A stretch of DNA of 64,000 nucleotides from Candidatus Saccharimonadota bacterium (GCA_905372095.1 CAJPNK010000001.1:219521-283520), one strand, 5' to 3'; positions 50,174 to 60,194 are shown, counted from the first letter of the stretch. Translations and numbers: made by a program. Notes: a model not told the origin generated them from the letters alone.

Positions 50174-51949
50174 ATGAAGCGAACTTTTAATATACAGGCG
50201 GCGCAACTTGCCGGCGAAAAAATTTCAGTTAGCGGCTGGGTACACTCGCGCCGCGATCACGGCGGGCTAATTTTTGTTGATCTACGCGACCACACCGGTT
50301 TGTTGCAGCTAGTTTTTAATTCTGATAATCCAGAAGCATTTTCGCTTGCTGATGAGTTGCGCGACGAATTTGTCATTCGCGCCGAAGGCATGGTGCGCGA
50401 ACGCGCGGCTGGACTAAAGAATGATAAAATTCCGACTGGCGCAGTTGAATTGGTGGTCGAGAGGTTGACGTTACTTAATCGCGCCGAGACCTTGCCAATC
50501 CAGCCCTTTGCCGAGGAAAACCAAGCGGGCGAGGACTTGCGTTTTAAGTATCGTTACCTCGACCTGCGTCGCCCGAAGATGCAACAGATGCTGAAAAAAC
50601 GTGCCGAAATGTACCGACGGATGCATCAGTACATGGACGACCGCGACTTCATCGAGATTCAGACGCCAATTTTGGCAAATTCTAGCCCTGAAGGTGCACG
50701 CGATTTTCTGATCCCCAGTCGTCTGCAAGAGGGCAAGTTTTACGCTCTGCCGCAAGCACCGCAGCAGTTCAAACAGCTGCTGATGGTTGGCGGCGTGCCG
50801 CGGTATTATCAGTTGGCAGCCTGCTTTCGCGACGAAGATCCGCGGGCTGATCGACTGTATGGCGAGTTTTATCAGCTGGACTTGGAGATGAGCTTCGTTG
50901 AGGATGGCGAGGAAGTTCGCCAGGAAGTCGAGCCGTTGATGTGTCAGCTAGCGACCGATTTCGCCGGCAAGAAGTTGTTGGATCTGAGCGATCTGCCAGT
51001 GGGCGATGGCCAGTCAATTCCGCGCATTTCTTACCGCGACGCCATGGAGATGTATGGCTCGGACAAACCAGACCTACGTTTTGGCATGGAGCTGATTGAG
51101 CTGACTGATATATTTGCCAACACCGAATTTGGCGTGTTTAAAAATGCTGAGTGTATCAAGGCGATTTGTGTCAAAAATGGCGCCAGCCTCAGCCGCAAGC
51201 AAATCGACCAATTCACCGACATTGCCAAAAGTGAGGGCGCGGGCGGTTTAGCGTACATCACCTACCAAGACGGCGAAGCGAAATCACCAATTGCCAAGTT
51301 CTTGAGCGAAACAGAGCTAGCTTCAATCCAGCAAAAAACTGGCGCAGTTGATGGCGACGCAGTCTTTTTCGGCGCTGACGCTCGCCCAGTCGTCAACGCC
51401 GTTCTCGGTCGTCTGCGAAATGAATTTGCCGCCCACTTCAGCCTCAAAGATCCAAACCTGGTGGCCTTGGCTTGGATTATCGATTTTCCATTCTATGAAT
51501 GGGACGACCACGGCAAGAAGTTTGACTTTGGCCACAATCCATTCGGTATGCCAAAGGGCGGCCTACAAGCGCTGGAATCGGCGAACACCGATGCTGAAAA
51601 ACTAGCCATCGTGGCTGACCAATTCGACATGGTGATGAACGGCTACGAAATTTGCTCCGGCGGCGTGCGCAATCACAACCCGGCGGTGCTGTACAAAGTG
51701 TTTGAACTGCTCGGTTTTAGCGAAAGCTACGTCGAGGAAAAGTTTGGCGCTATGCTCAATGCCTTCAAATACGGCGCACCGCCGCACGCTGGCTGTGCCT
51801 TTGGTGTCGACCGCATCCTCATGGAGCTCATTGACGAAACCAATGTTCGCGAGACCTTAGCCTTTCCAAAGAACGGTTCGGGCGTTGACGTGATGATGGA
51901 TTCGCCGTCAACGGTTGACCCAGTGCAGCTAAAGGAATTGGGGTTATGA
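50174..51949 (+). CDS. aspS: Aspartate-tRNA ligase
   Basis: RRDHGGLIFVDLRD, PQAPQQFKQ, FRDEDPRADR, GAPPH; start reassigned to ATG 50174. Confidence 0.97.
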   Translation: MKRTFNIQAAQLAGEKISVSGWVHSRRDHGGLIFVDLRDHTGLLQLVFNSDNPEAFSLADELRDEFVIRAEGMVRERAAGLKNDKIPTGAVELVVERLTLLNRAETLPIQPFAEENQAGEDLRFKYRYLDLRRPKMQQMLKKRAEMYRRMHQYMDDRDFIEIQTPILANSSPEGARDFLIPSRLQEGKFYALPQAPQQFKQLLMVGGVPRYYQLAACFRDEDPRADRLYGEFYQLDLEMSFVEDGEEVRQEVEPLMCQLATDFAGKKLLDLSDLPVGDGQSIPRISYRDAMEMYGSDKPDLRFGMELIELTDIFANTEFGVFKNAECIKAICVKNGASLSRKQIDQFTDIAKSEGAGGLAYITYQDGEAKSPIAKFLSETELASIQQKTGAVDGDAVFFGADARPVVNAVLGRLRNEFAAHFSLKDPNLVALAWIIDFPFYEWDDHGKKFDFGHNPFGMPKGGLQALESANTDAEKLAIVADQFDMVMNGYEICSGGVRNHNPAVLYKVFELLGFSESYVEEKFGAMLNAFKYGAPPHAGCAFGVDRILMELIDETNVRETLAFPKNGSGVDVMMDSPSTVDPVQLKELGL

Positions 51950-52374
51950 GCGCAATGTATGATCGACACGAAGTTAGCGTAAAAGTGGCGTTGTATAGCG
52001 AGGATAGTAAACAAGTATTGCTGATGTATCACCTAAGCAGCGATGGTTTTGGCTTGCCGGGCGGGCATATTGATGCTGGCGAAACGCCTGACGCGGCACT
52101 AGAGCGAGAGCTGCGCGAGGAATTAGGCATCACAATTGATGCGACGCCAGCCGATTTCTATGTCCGCAACCCTTATGACGACAATATTAAGGATCATAAA
52201 ATTATCCTCGGCTATACGGCGACGGCAAAAAAGGGTATGACTTTGCCAAATAGTGCATGTGATGGCAGCGAAGGAGATATCGTCTGGCTGACGCGCGCAG
52301 AAGTTGAAACTACCGATAAACTTTCGCCGGGCTATCGGGATTTTGTGCTGAAATGGTGGCCGCAAGAAGCGTAA
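51946..52374 (+). CDS. NUDIX hydrolase
   Basis: GGHIDAGETPDAALERELREELG Nudix box. Confidence 0.92.
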   Translation: MSAMYDRHEVSVKVALYSEDSKQVLLMYHLSSDGFGLPGGHIDAGETPDAALERELREELGITIDATPADFYVRNPYDDNIKDHKIILGYTATAKKGMTLPNSACDGSEGDIVWLTRAEVETTDKLSPGYRDFVLKWWPQEA

Positions 52375-52398
52375 TGTTTTAGGAGGTACAAGCAGGCT

Positions 52399-53748
52399 AT
52401 GAAATCAATTCCCAAACGAACGCTAAAATTCATTGACTCATGGCTAACGCTGCGCAGCCAATGGGCGCGCTGGCCGGGATTTACGGTGGCGATAGCCAAA
52501 GACGGCGAGGTGGTTTTTAATAAAGCCTATGGTCTATCAAATATAGAAAATAATGAGAAATTAACAACCAACCATCTCTTTCACGTTGCTTCGCAATCGA
52601 AAACATTTACTGCCACGGCCGTGATGCAGCTGCAGGAGCGCGGCAAGTTGCGCATTGATGATTTAGTTACGACACATCTGCCATGGTTGGCACAGCATAG
52701 CGACCAGCGTTGGCGCGATATAACATTGCGTCAATTGTTGAGCCACTCAGCAGGCGTGATTCGCGACGGCCAGGCGTCAGGTTTTTGGCAATTCCAAGGA
52801 GATTTTCCAGATAAAGACGAATTCAAGAAGCAAATCATGCAATCACAGCTAGTGTTCGAGCCAAATTCCGAATTCAAGTATTCCAATTTTGGTTTTGGCC
52901 TGCTGGGTTTGGTGATTGAACGAGCCAGCGGTAAGCCGTACGCTGATTTTGTGGCGGAAAACATCATCACGCCGCTCGGCTTAATCCAAACCACCACGGA
53001 ATATTCGCCGGAACTTCGTATGGCTACTGGCTACAGTAGGTTTGATTTGCAGCAGCAGCGTCGACCGTTTCAACACATCACAACTGGCGTATTGCAGCCG
53101 GCCACGGGATTTTGCTCAACTGCGCATGACTTGGTGAAATTATTTGCCGCCCTGCAAGTCGGCTCAGGCAAACTATTGAGCGACACTTCTAAAAGGGAAA
53201 TCCAGCGCCCATCGTGGCAAGTTGCGGATGAAGCAAACGCAGGAAGTTACGGATTGGGCATCGATGCCGTAAAAGCCAAAGACGGTAAGCGGCTCGTCGG
53301 TCATAGCGGCGGTTATCCAGGATTTGTCGGCCGCACCTGGTCGCGGATAGACGACGGAATAACTGTTTCGGTGTTGGCGAACGCGTATGATACAGCGCCA
53401 GGAATAGTTGCAAATTCGATATTAGGAATTATTGATCAATTTGGTGATACTTCTGATAAAAACCGTCGAAAGTTTGAAGCGCGGTTCGTTAACGATTACG
53501 GCGTATACGAAGTCGTTGATACAGAAAAAGGATTGAGGGGTTTATGGTCTAATGATTGGCAACCATTCAATATGGCTGAAGAACTGGAAATAGTCGATGA
53601 CGCCACCTTAAAAATTGCGAAAGGTAATCATTTTAGCTATTTTGGCGAACTGATGAAATATGAGTTTGACGCTAAAAATAAGCCTTCCGCCATGTATCGC
53701 AGCGGCGCTAAGAATTATATTAGTTTAGATGGTGATATAAAAGTATGA
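52399..53748 (+). CDS. Serine hydrolase, beta-lactamase/AmpC-like family
   Basis: SQSK, YSN, GHSG motifs; no signal peptide. Confidence 0.9.
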   Translation: MKSIPKRTLKFIDSWLTLRSQWARWPGFTVAIAKDGEVVFNKAYGLSNIENNEKLTTNHLFHVASQSKTFTATAVMQLQERGKLRIDDLVTTHLPWLAQHSDQRWRDITLRQLLSHSAGVIRDGQASGFWQFQGDFPDKDEFKKQIMQSQLVFEPNSEFKYSNFGFGLLGLVIERASGKPYADFVAENIITPLGLIQTTTEYSPELRMATGYSRFDLQQQRRPFQHITTGVLQPATGFCSTAHDLVKLFAALQVGSGKLLSDTSKREIQRPSWQVADEANAGSYGLGIDAVKAKDGKRLVGHSGGYPGFVGRTWSRIDDGITVSVLANAYDTAPGIVANSILGIIDQFGDTSDKNRRKFEARFVNDYGVYEVVDTEKGLRGLWSNDWQPFNMAEELEIVDDATLKIAKGNHFSYFGELMKYEFDAKNKPSAMYRSGAKNYISLDGDIKV

Positions 53749-53757
53749 AAGGATTTC

Positions 53758-54297
53758 ATGTCAAACATAGAATACGAAGCAAAAATATATGATGTCGATC
53801 CCGCCGATATCACAGAAAAGTTGACAAATCTCGGCGCTGAGGAAGTCGGTAATTACAATTTTTGCCGTTACGTATTTGATACGATGCCAGCGGTGCCAGA
53901 TCGCTGGGTTCGGTTGCGCTCTGATGGGAAACAGGCGACTTTGACCGTCAAAGAAATAACCGCTGCCACCATTGACGGTACTCACGAGTGGGAAGTTGAA
54001 GTGTCTGATATGGAAACGACACTGGAAATATTAGCAAAAATTGGCATCAAACCGCGCGGTTATCAAGAAAACAAACGCCAAGAATACGACCTCGACGGCG
54101 TTCAGGTTGTCATCGACCGCTGGCCGAAGTTAAAGCCATATGTCGAAATAGAAGCGAACAGCGTAGTGGAAGTGGTAAAAACGGCAGCGCTGCTTGGCTT
54201 TGCTGAGAGCGATTTGATAACGAAAAGCACTTCTGATTTATACCAGAATATCGGTATAGACATCGAGAAGCTTGCGGAATTAAAATTTGATAAATAG
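53758..54297 (+). CDS. CYTH domain (class IV adenylate cyclase-like) protein
   Basis: EYEAK, WVRLR, LTVK, EWEV, YVEIE. Confidence 0.88.
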   Translation: MSNIEYEAKIYDVDPADITEKLTNLGAEEVGNYNFCRYVFDTMPAVPDRWVRLRSDGKQATLTVKEITAATIDGTHEWEVEVSDMETTLEILAKIGIKPRGYQENKRQEYDLDGVQVVIDRWPKLKPYVEIEANSVVEVVKTAALLGFAESDLITKSTSDLYQNIGIDIEKLAELKFDK

Positions 54298-54318
54298 ACT
54301 AGTCTGCGAAATAAGTAT

Positions 54319-54939
54319 ATGATTAAAACGAAACTACCAACCGAAGCTCAAATCAAAAACTTGCACAAAAAATACGCCAAAACTGATGCTGATTTTACGT
54401 TGATTTATACTCATTGCCAGGTGGTTGACGCGATTGCGGCGCAGCTTTTAGACGCTAAGCCAAACTCGCAGATTGACCGTGATCTGCTGCATGTTGCCTG
54501 TATGCTTCATGATATCGGCGCGTATGATGTTCTGGAAAACGGCAAATTTGTCGACGGCGTTCGCCACGGCGTGATTGGCGAGCAGATTCTGCGAAATGAA
54601 GGCTTTCCTGAACAAATTTGGCGGTTTGCTTCGCACCATACTGGCGTAGGCTTGACCAAGCAGGATGTAATTAACCAAAACTTGTCCATTCCGCCAGCCG
54701 ACTATACCGCTAACACGCCCGAGGAGCGGCTGCTAATGTACGCCGACAAATTTCATTCCAAAAGCAAACCGCCCAAAGAGCCGCCATATTTTTGCACGTT
54801 TGAATGGTATTATAATCTGGTGCAAAAATTTGGCAGCGACAAACAAGCCAAATTTCAGGCGCTAGCAGATGAATTTGGTAAGCCGAATATTGCGCTTGTC
54901 GCTGGTAAGTTTGGTTTTAGCATTAAAGATGTAAATTAG
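54319..54939 (+). CDS. HD domain phosphohydrolase
   Basis: H...LHDIG...HH...YADK. Confidence 0.88.
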   Translation: MIKTKLPTEAQIKNLHKKYAKTDADFTLIYTHCQVVDAIAAQLLDAKPNSQIDRDLLHVACMLHDIGAYDVLENGKFVDGVRHGVIGEQILRNEGFPEQIWRFASHHTGVGLTKQDVINQNLSIPPADYTANTPEERLLMYADKFHSKSKPPKEPPYFCTFEWYYNLVQKFGSDKQAKFQALADEFGKPNIALVAGKFGFSIKDVN

Positions 54940-54995
54940 CGTCAGGCTGGTGCAGGTGACTTGCAGGTTATAAATTAGCAGCCTAACACGTAGAC

Positions 54996-55024
54996 TTGAC
55001 CGTCTGGGAATATTTCGCCATAAT
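54996..55024 (+). promoter_or_regulatory. sigma70 promoter
   Basis: TTGACC-N17-CATAAT, ATG 8 nt downstream. Confidence 0.6.
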
Positions 55025-55032
55025 AATACGTA

Positions 55033-55581
55033 ATGAAAAGAAGCCTTATTATATTGTGTGCGTTAGTCTATGTCGCTTGTGCTCCAACGGTTAGCGCCGA
55101 AGGTCCAACCATGACTCTATTGACTGAGCGGCAGCTTAATCTGGTGCGCAGTAATTGTGCGACGACTAAAACTGTTTTAGAGCGTATTCGTGCTAACGAC
55201 GCTTTGGTGCGCATCAACCTTGGCCGCGAATATGATGCAATTTCTACCAAACTGATGGCGCCGATGAATAGCCGCATTGCTCTCAATAAGCTCAACGGCA
55301 TCGACTTAACCAAAACAACCGTCGATTTCGACCATCAAATCGGACAATTTCGCAACTCTTATCAGCGTTACGAGCAGATAATGTCGCATATAGCCCAGAC
55401 GGATTGCCAAGATAAGCCAGCAGACTTTTATATGGATATTGAACGAGCGCGTTATTATCGCGGTGATGTACGAAAAGCAGTAGTCGAACTCGAAAAGCTA
55501 ATTAAGCAATATAGCTCACAAATCGACAAATTAGATTTGTCAAAAACGGGTTTGAGTAGTCAAGGAGGTAGTAATGACTAG
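55033..55581 (+). CDS. Secreted helical hypothetical protein
   Basis: Signal peptide ending VSA; two Cys in mature part. Confidence 0.72.
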   Translation: MKRSLIILCALVYVACAPTVSAEGPTMTLLTERQLNLVRSNCATTKTVLERIRANDALVRINLGREYDAISTKLMAPMNSRIALNKLNGIDLTKTTVDFDHQIGQFRNSYQRYEQIMSHIAQTDCQDKPADFYMDIERARYYRGDVRKAVVELEKLIKQYSSQIDKLDLSKTGLSSQGGSND

Positions 55582-55984
55582 ATTTCACGCCCGTGCTCGC
55601 TTGAAAAAGCGGGCTGATCATATTTGCCAGCGGTGCGGCTTTGCGGCTATGCTGGTCTGTGTAATTATAGTATCGCTCGTCATGGTGGCGGTAGCTTTAG
55701 AGATGTATAACACTAGCGGCGCAGCACAAGTCGATTTGAGCCGCCCAGGTTTTAGCTCTGTGCAGAAACAGGCCGGCGCTAGCGAAGAAACTGAAAAAGG
55801 TTTCTCGGCGCAAGGGGAGATTGATCAAAAAACTATCAAAGATTTTAAAAATGTATACGACAAACACGCCAAACGTGCGGCTGCATCGACCAGTTTTGGC
55901 GGCGAGGCGCTATCAGATAGTTCAATTCAAGTCTTTAATGAACGTTCATCGGGAACAGCACCAAGCGGAGAGGCTTCAAACTAG
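55574..55984 (+). CDS. Single-TM hypothetical protein
   Basis: AAGGAGG SD; TM followed by DLSRPG. Confidence 0.72.
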   Translation: MTRFHARARLKKRADHICQRCGFAAMLVCVIIVSLVMVAVALEMYNTSGAAQVDLSRPGFSSVQKQAGASEETEKGFSAQGEIDQKTIKDFKNVYDKHAKRAAASTSFGGEALSDSSIQVFNERSSGTAPSGEASN

Positions 55985-56646
55985 TGAGCGAACTGCTCAA
56001 TCCTGACGATTTTGTTATTGTTCGCAAGCGCAAAAAATACAAATTTGCCAAGTTCCATAACGCCGAGAATTGCTTTGAGCTTGACGAATGGCGCGATTTT
56101 TACCGGCAGCGCCAGCCGGGCGTCTCCAGGCTGGAGGTTGGCGCTGGTACTGGTTTGTTTAGCGTCGAATTAGCAGCGCGTTATCCAGATAAGTTGTTTG
56201 TGGCGATTGACGTTAAGGCTGACCGTTTGCAAAAAGGCGCTTACATTGCGTTAGAAAAAGACCTGGATAACATCTATTTTATCCGGGCGCGCGCCGACCA
56301 AATTGGCGATTTGTTCGCTTTGTCGACGCTAGTGAATATTTGGGTGACTTTTCCTGATCCGTTTCCGAAAAAGCGGGCTGCCGGGCGGCGGTTGACGCAT
56401 CCGTATTTTTTGCGCCGTTACGCGCAATTATTGCAGCCTGGCGGCGAGCTGCTTTTCAAACACGACGACCGCGACTTTTTTTGTTGGAGTTTGGAGCAAT
56501 TGGTGGCAGAAAAATGGCAAATTACAGAACTGAGCTTTGACCTGCACGAATCATCTCTGGACGACGAGTACAAAATCATGACGACATACGAGCAGCGATG
56601 GCTGAACGAGGGCAAGGCGATTAATTTTGTGAAGACTACGCGTTGA
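55984..56646 (+). CDS. trmB: tRNA (guanine46-N7)-methyltransferase
   Basis: LEVGAGTG, TFPDPFPKKR, RRLT, TTYE. Confidence 0.92.
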   Translation: MSELLNPDDFVIVRKRKKYKFAKFHNAENCFELDEWRDFYRQRQPGVSRLEVGAGTGLFSVELAARYPDKLFVAIDVKADRLQKGAYIALEKDLDNIYFIRARADQIGDLFALSTLVNIWVTFPDPFPKKRAAGRRLTHPYFLRRYAQLLQPGGELLFKHDDRDFFCWSLEQLVAEKWQITELSFDLHESSLDDEYKIMTTYEQRWLNEGKAINFVKTTR

Positions 56647-56675
56647 TGCTGTGTTATCGTGCCAGTGGAAGCGGG

Positions 56676-57419
56676 TTAGCCCTCGCTAGCACCCTGCCAA
56701 GCAATGTCAAACAAGCGCGTTTGCACCGAGGCCAGGCTGGCGTTGTCGATAATTACCCCGTGCATAGAGTTATATTTGTCCAGAGTAATAATAGCCATTT
56801 TACTGGCATACAATATTGTGTAGCAGCCGTCATCTAGTTTTGGTCCGGCTAAGTAGCGGCTGTCCGCTAAGCCTGTCGTTATGCGCAGGGGCTTGGCGTA
56901 GCGCAAGACGCGTACCCGTAGATTTCGTTTGGCGCGTTCGCGGCTAAAATTCGGAAAATTGTTGTACAGATAGCGGCTGACGCGCGGCGAAGAAATTACG
57001 CGGTACAAGTTAATCTTTTGCAGGCGGCAAGTACTTAATATATCGCGCAAAATATTTGCCAAGCCTTCGTCGCCCTCGTAAAATGCCGCCATATGCCGGG
57101 TTTCGGCGATTTTGTTTGCGGTTCGCAGGCGGACAATGTATTGATCAAGCTGCTGGCCGGCTACCTGTAAAGCTTGCTGCTTCTCGCGTAAAATTTCTGC
57201 CAAGACAGCTGGATCTTCGGCGCGGTAGCGCAGCTGCTTGCCCTGAGTGACGCTGTTGACAAGTCCGGCTGCGCGCAGGCTTTTAATAGATTCATAGACG
57301 CTGCCGCGGTTAATATTCGTTGTTTCTGCGATGGCTCGCAGCGAACTATTAGGAATTGCCAGCAGCGCTTCATACACGCGTTTGTCACGAGTAGACAAGC
57401 CGATAATAGAAAAATCCAT
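56676..57419 (-). CDS. TrmB-family (sugar-sensing type) HTH transcriptional regulator
   Basis: GLS..DKRVYEALL, NRGSVYESIKSL..GLV, FYEGDEGL, LFDIAW. Confidence 0.85.
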   Translation of the reverse strand: MDFSIIGLSTRDKRVYEALLAIPNSSLRAIAETTNINRGSVYESIKSLRAAGLVNSVTQGKQLRYRAEDPAVLAEILREKQQALQVAGQQLDQYIVRLRTANKIAETRHMAAFYEGDEGLANILRDILSTCRLQKINLYRVISSPRVSRYLYNNFPNFSRERAKRNLRVRVLRYAKPLRITTGLADSRYLAGPKLDDGCYTILYASKMAIITLDKYNSMHGVIIDNASLASVQTRLFDIAWQGASEG

Positions 57420-57528
57420 ATCTGTAATATAGCATAAATTATAAAATTGTCATAAAAAATCAACCATTTTGGCTGGAATCGGCAGTAGCGGTACGATATG
57501 ATTTGCTGGTAGCGAAAGGAGGAATGCT

Positions 57529-57837
57529 ATGGCTATTGAAAAAGCACCGAAAGGTTATGGAATTACAGGAGATATAGGAGGGTCTACTGAGTGATATTCG
57601 GGTCCGCCGGTGGGCGAAGGTGGGCGCACTGTCACTGTTTCTATAACAACAGAACAGTTTGAAAAATTAAGAGGAATAGCACTTGTTACTGGTATGACTA
57701 TGGGTGCTGTTATTAGGGAAGCTTCTAGAGAACATGCTAAAGCGACAGTTGAAGATCCAAAATTTCGACGCGAAGCAGGAGAATTGGCTGTACTTTTAGA
57801 CAGATATAAAAGTCCAGACTCTCGCGAAAGCGAATAA
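57529..57837 (+). pseudogene. Ribbon-helix-helix-like gene interrupted by in-frame TGA at codon 22
   Basis: AAAGGAGG SD, ATG 57529, TGA 57592-57594, same frame continues as the 57610-57837 ORF. Confidence 0.55.
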
Positions 57838-57904
57838 TCAGGCTCTCATCAGATAGCCCGCGGCTAGTAATTACTGTTATAATACGTATAAACAGGAGGG
57901 GAAC

Positions 57905-58246
57905 ATGAATTTTCAAGATTATTCGCAAAAAGCTATTTCAACGCTAACGAGCGATCACGCATACGGCGATATCAGCGCTGATTTGATGGCGCAAATACTA
58001 GGTTTGGCTGGTGAGTCGGGCGAGGTGATGGAAAAGTTTAAAAAGCTAATCCGCGACAAGCAGGGCAAACTAACTGCCGATGATCGCGCGGAAATTATTA
58101 AGGAACTGGGCGACGTGCTGTGGTATGTCAATTCGGCGGCGTATTTGCTCGGCTCTAGCTTGGAAGAAGTGGCGCGGCTTAATAACGAAAAACTAGCCAG
58201 CCGCCAGCAGCGCGGCCAGCTACATGGCAGCGGCGATAATCGGTAA
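57905..58246 (+). CDS. MazG-like nucleotide pyrophosphohydrolase
   Basis: GLAGESGEV, ELGDVLWY, NNEKLASR, GSGDNR. Confidence 0.92.
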   Translation: MNFQDYSQKAISTLTSDHAYGDISADLMAQILGLAGESGEVMEKFKKLIRDKQGKLTADDRAEIIKELGDVLWYVNSAAYLLGSSLEEVARLNNEKLASRQQRGQLHGSGDNR

Positions 58247-58250
58247 AACT

Positions 58251-59504
58251 CTAAATCTTCAGATGCTGCCGCAGCCACTCGTCAATGGTGCCAGCGCCCA
58301 TGCAGAGGACTAGTTTGCCTAATTCGCGGTCAAGCATGATAGACTTCCACAAATCATCGTTGAGGCTGGCAATATGTACTTCGGGGCGGGTGAGGTTTTT
58401 GGTTAAGTCTGCAGGCGTCAGTATCGGTAAATCCGGATTCTCGCGCGTCAAATATGTCGGCAGCCAATATACGCTGTCAGCGTAGCGAAAAACTTCGTTT
58501 GTGTACATTGATTGAATTTCGTGCTGGCGGACATTTTGGTGTGGCTGGTAGACGAGTGTTACTTCGCGGGATATCTCATGCGCCATTTGTAGCGTGGCGT
58601 AAATTTCGGCTGGGTGGTGACCATAATCGGAGTACAGGCCAGGCGCTAAGCGTTCAAATCGCCGCTGCGTACCAGGAAAATTCTCGACGGCAACCTTTAC
58701 GATATCAGGATTACCTAGCTTTAGCCGCTCGCAGGCTTTGGCAACCAGCGTGGCGTTGGCTCGATTATGCCAGCCTGGAATGCGAAAACTTTTAACTTCC
58801 TCGTCTTTGAGTACCCAAGATTTATTAACTGGTTCTAAACCAGTAAGAGTGTCCTTCTTCCAGAGAATAGATAGTTCGCTTTGTCCGAGAAATTGTTGGA
58901 AAGCTCTGGTATAAGCGGCTTGAGTTGGGTATGTATCTGGATGATCGTAATCAATAGAAGTAATCAGCGAAAGGTATGGGCTGAAATGCAAGAAGTTGCG
59001 ATCGAATTCATCGCACTCATATATAAAATACTCGCTGTTCGGCGCGTAGTGCCCGCTCGGCCCAAAACTGATAGTGGTGCCAATTGAATAACTGATTGGG
59101 ACGCCGAGTTGGCGCAGCACCCAAATCATCATGCCGGTAGTTGTTGTTTTGCCGTGAGTGCCAGCAATAGCGATCATCTTGAGATTTTTCTCGCTCATAA
59201 TATAGCGCAGCAGCTCGTCGCGCTTGGCTGTGTAAATGCCTAATTTTTGCGCTCTCACTAGTTCTGGGTGGTCAGCGGGCAAGGCTGCGGTGTAAACGAG
59301 CCAGTCGATACGGTGCTGCTTATGGCAGTATTCTAGGTAATCGCCAGACTGGTCATTAGTGACGACAATGCCGCGCTGCATTAATTCGCTAGTTTCTAGA
59401 CTCGAGTGCGCGTCCGAGCCTTGTACGCTATGCCCGGCGTCATGAGCTAATTCAGCTAACGGTCCGATAGCGACGCCGCCAATGCCAGAGAAATAAATAT
59501 TCAT
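58251..59504 (-). CDS. murC: UDP-N-acetylmuramate-alanine ligase (MurC-like)
   Basis: GIGGVA, GTHGKTTT, ECDEFD, DHPD, DYGHHP, QPH; start reassigned to 59504. Confidence 0.88.
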   Translation of the reverse strand: MNIYFSGIGGVAIGPLAELAHDAGHSVQGSDAHSSLETSELMQRGIVVTNDQSGDYLEYCHKQHRIDWLVYTAALPADHPELVRAQKLGIYTAKRDELLRYIMSEKNLKMIAIAGTHGKTTTTGMMIWVLRQLGVPISYSIGTTISFGPSGHYAPNSEYFIYECDEFDRNFLHFSPYLSLITSIDYDHPDTYPTQAAYTRAFQQFLGQSELSILWKKDTLTGLEPVNKSWVLKDEEVKSFRIPGWHNRANATLVAKACERLKLGNPDIVKVAVENFPGTQRRFERLAPGLYSDYGHHPAEIYATLQMAHEISREVTLVYQPHQNVRQHEIQSMYTNEVFRYADSVYWLPTYLTRENPDLPILTPADLTKNLTRPEVHIASLNDDLWKSIMLDRELGKLVLCMGAGTIDEWLRQHLKI

Positions 59505-59567
59505 ACTTCTACTATAACGCAATCAAGCTGCTCGTGGTATACTATTAAGTAATGAAGGGCGGGAATA

Positions 59568-60194
59568 ATGGCCGATAAACGCGCGGCGAGGCGAAATCTT
59601 CGGCGTCTTGAGCGAGTCAAGACCTGGCAGCTGTTGATTTTGTTTGTGCTGGTGTGTTTTGTAGCGGCAACTTTTTTGCGTATTAATAATGTTGGCATGA
59701 TACAGCGCCGCAGTGCTGTGGCGACAGCTGACAAATCAGGCAACGAAACACAAATATTTAATCGTCTGCAAGATTTGCAGCATTACTCAACCACGCATAT
59801 GAATGCCAGCAGCGGCGTGATTTATCTGCAGCATCAGTATGAGCGCGACTCGCAAGCGGCTATCAAGAGAGCTTCGGCGGCGTCGTCTGAGAACGCAAGA
59901 GTTCATGCTCAGGCTGAAGCAGTTTGCCACCCGCAATATAGCGGCTGGTCGATGGCTTATATTCAATGCTTTGTTAACGAATTATCAAAATATCCCACCT
60001 CTGACAAACTCAAAGACCCAGAATTGCCCAACACTGAACTATACCGCCACGAATATACGTCGCCGCTTTGGACGCCTGATTTTGCTGGCTGGTCGATAGT
60101 TTTGGCGGTAGTGATTTTGGTAGTTATAGTACTGCGTTTGATTAGCCTTGTAATATTACACCTATTATTGCGCTATAAATATCGAGCTGCTTGA
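59568..60194 (+). CDS. Hypothetical membrane protein (TM at both ends, Cys pair in loop)
   Basis: LRINNVGM, HMN, SPLWTPDFAGW. Confidence 0.78.
   Translation: MADKRAARRNLRRLERVKTWQLLILFVLVCFVAATFLRINNVGMIQRRSAVATADKSGNETQIFNRLQDLQHYSTTHMNASSGVIYLQHQYERDSQAAIKRASAASSENARVHAQAEAVCHPQYSGWSMAYIQCFVNELSKYPTSDKLKDPELPNTELYRHEYTSPLWTPDFAGWSIVLAVVILVVIVLRLISLVILHLLLRYKYRAA

Noticed and set aside
11184..51949. Impression of differing codon style in some blocks (ABC exporter, ruvAB, inner aspS) suggesting recombination mosaics
   Set aside because: Cannot be quantified by eye; needs sliding-window codon/k-mer analysis and per-gene trees
54940..54992. GTCAGGCTG...CAGCCTAAC inverted repeat as an integron attC site
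   Set aside because: No downstream GTTRRRY partner, no copies between the other genes, no integrase
55984..57419. Adjacent trmB methyltransferase and TrmB-family regulator
   Set aside because: Unrelated families sharing a name; convergent orientation
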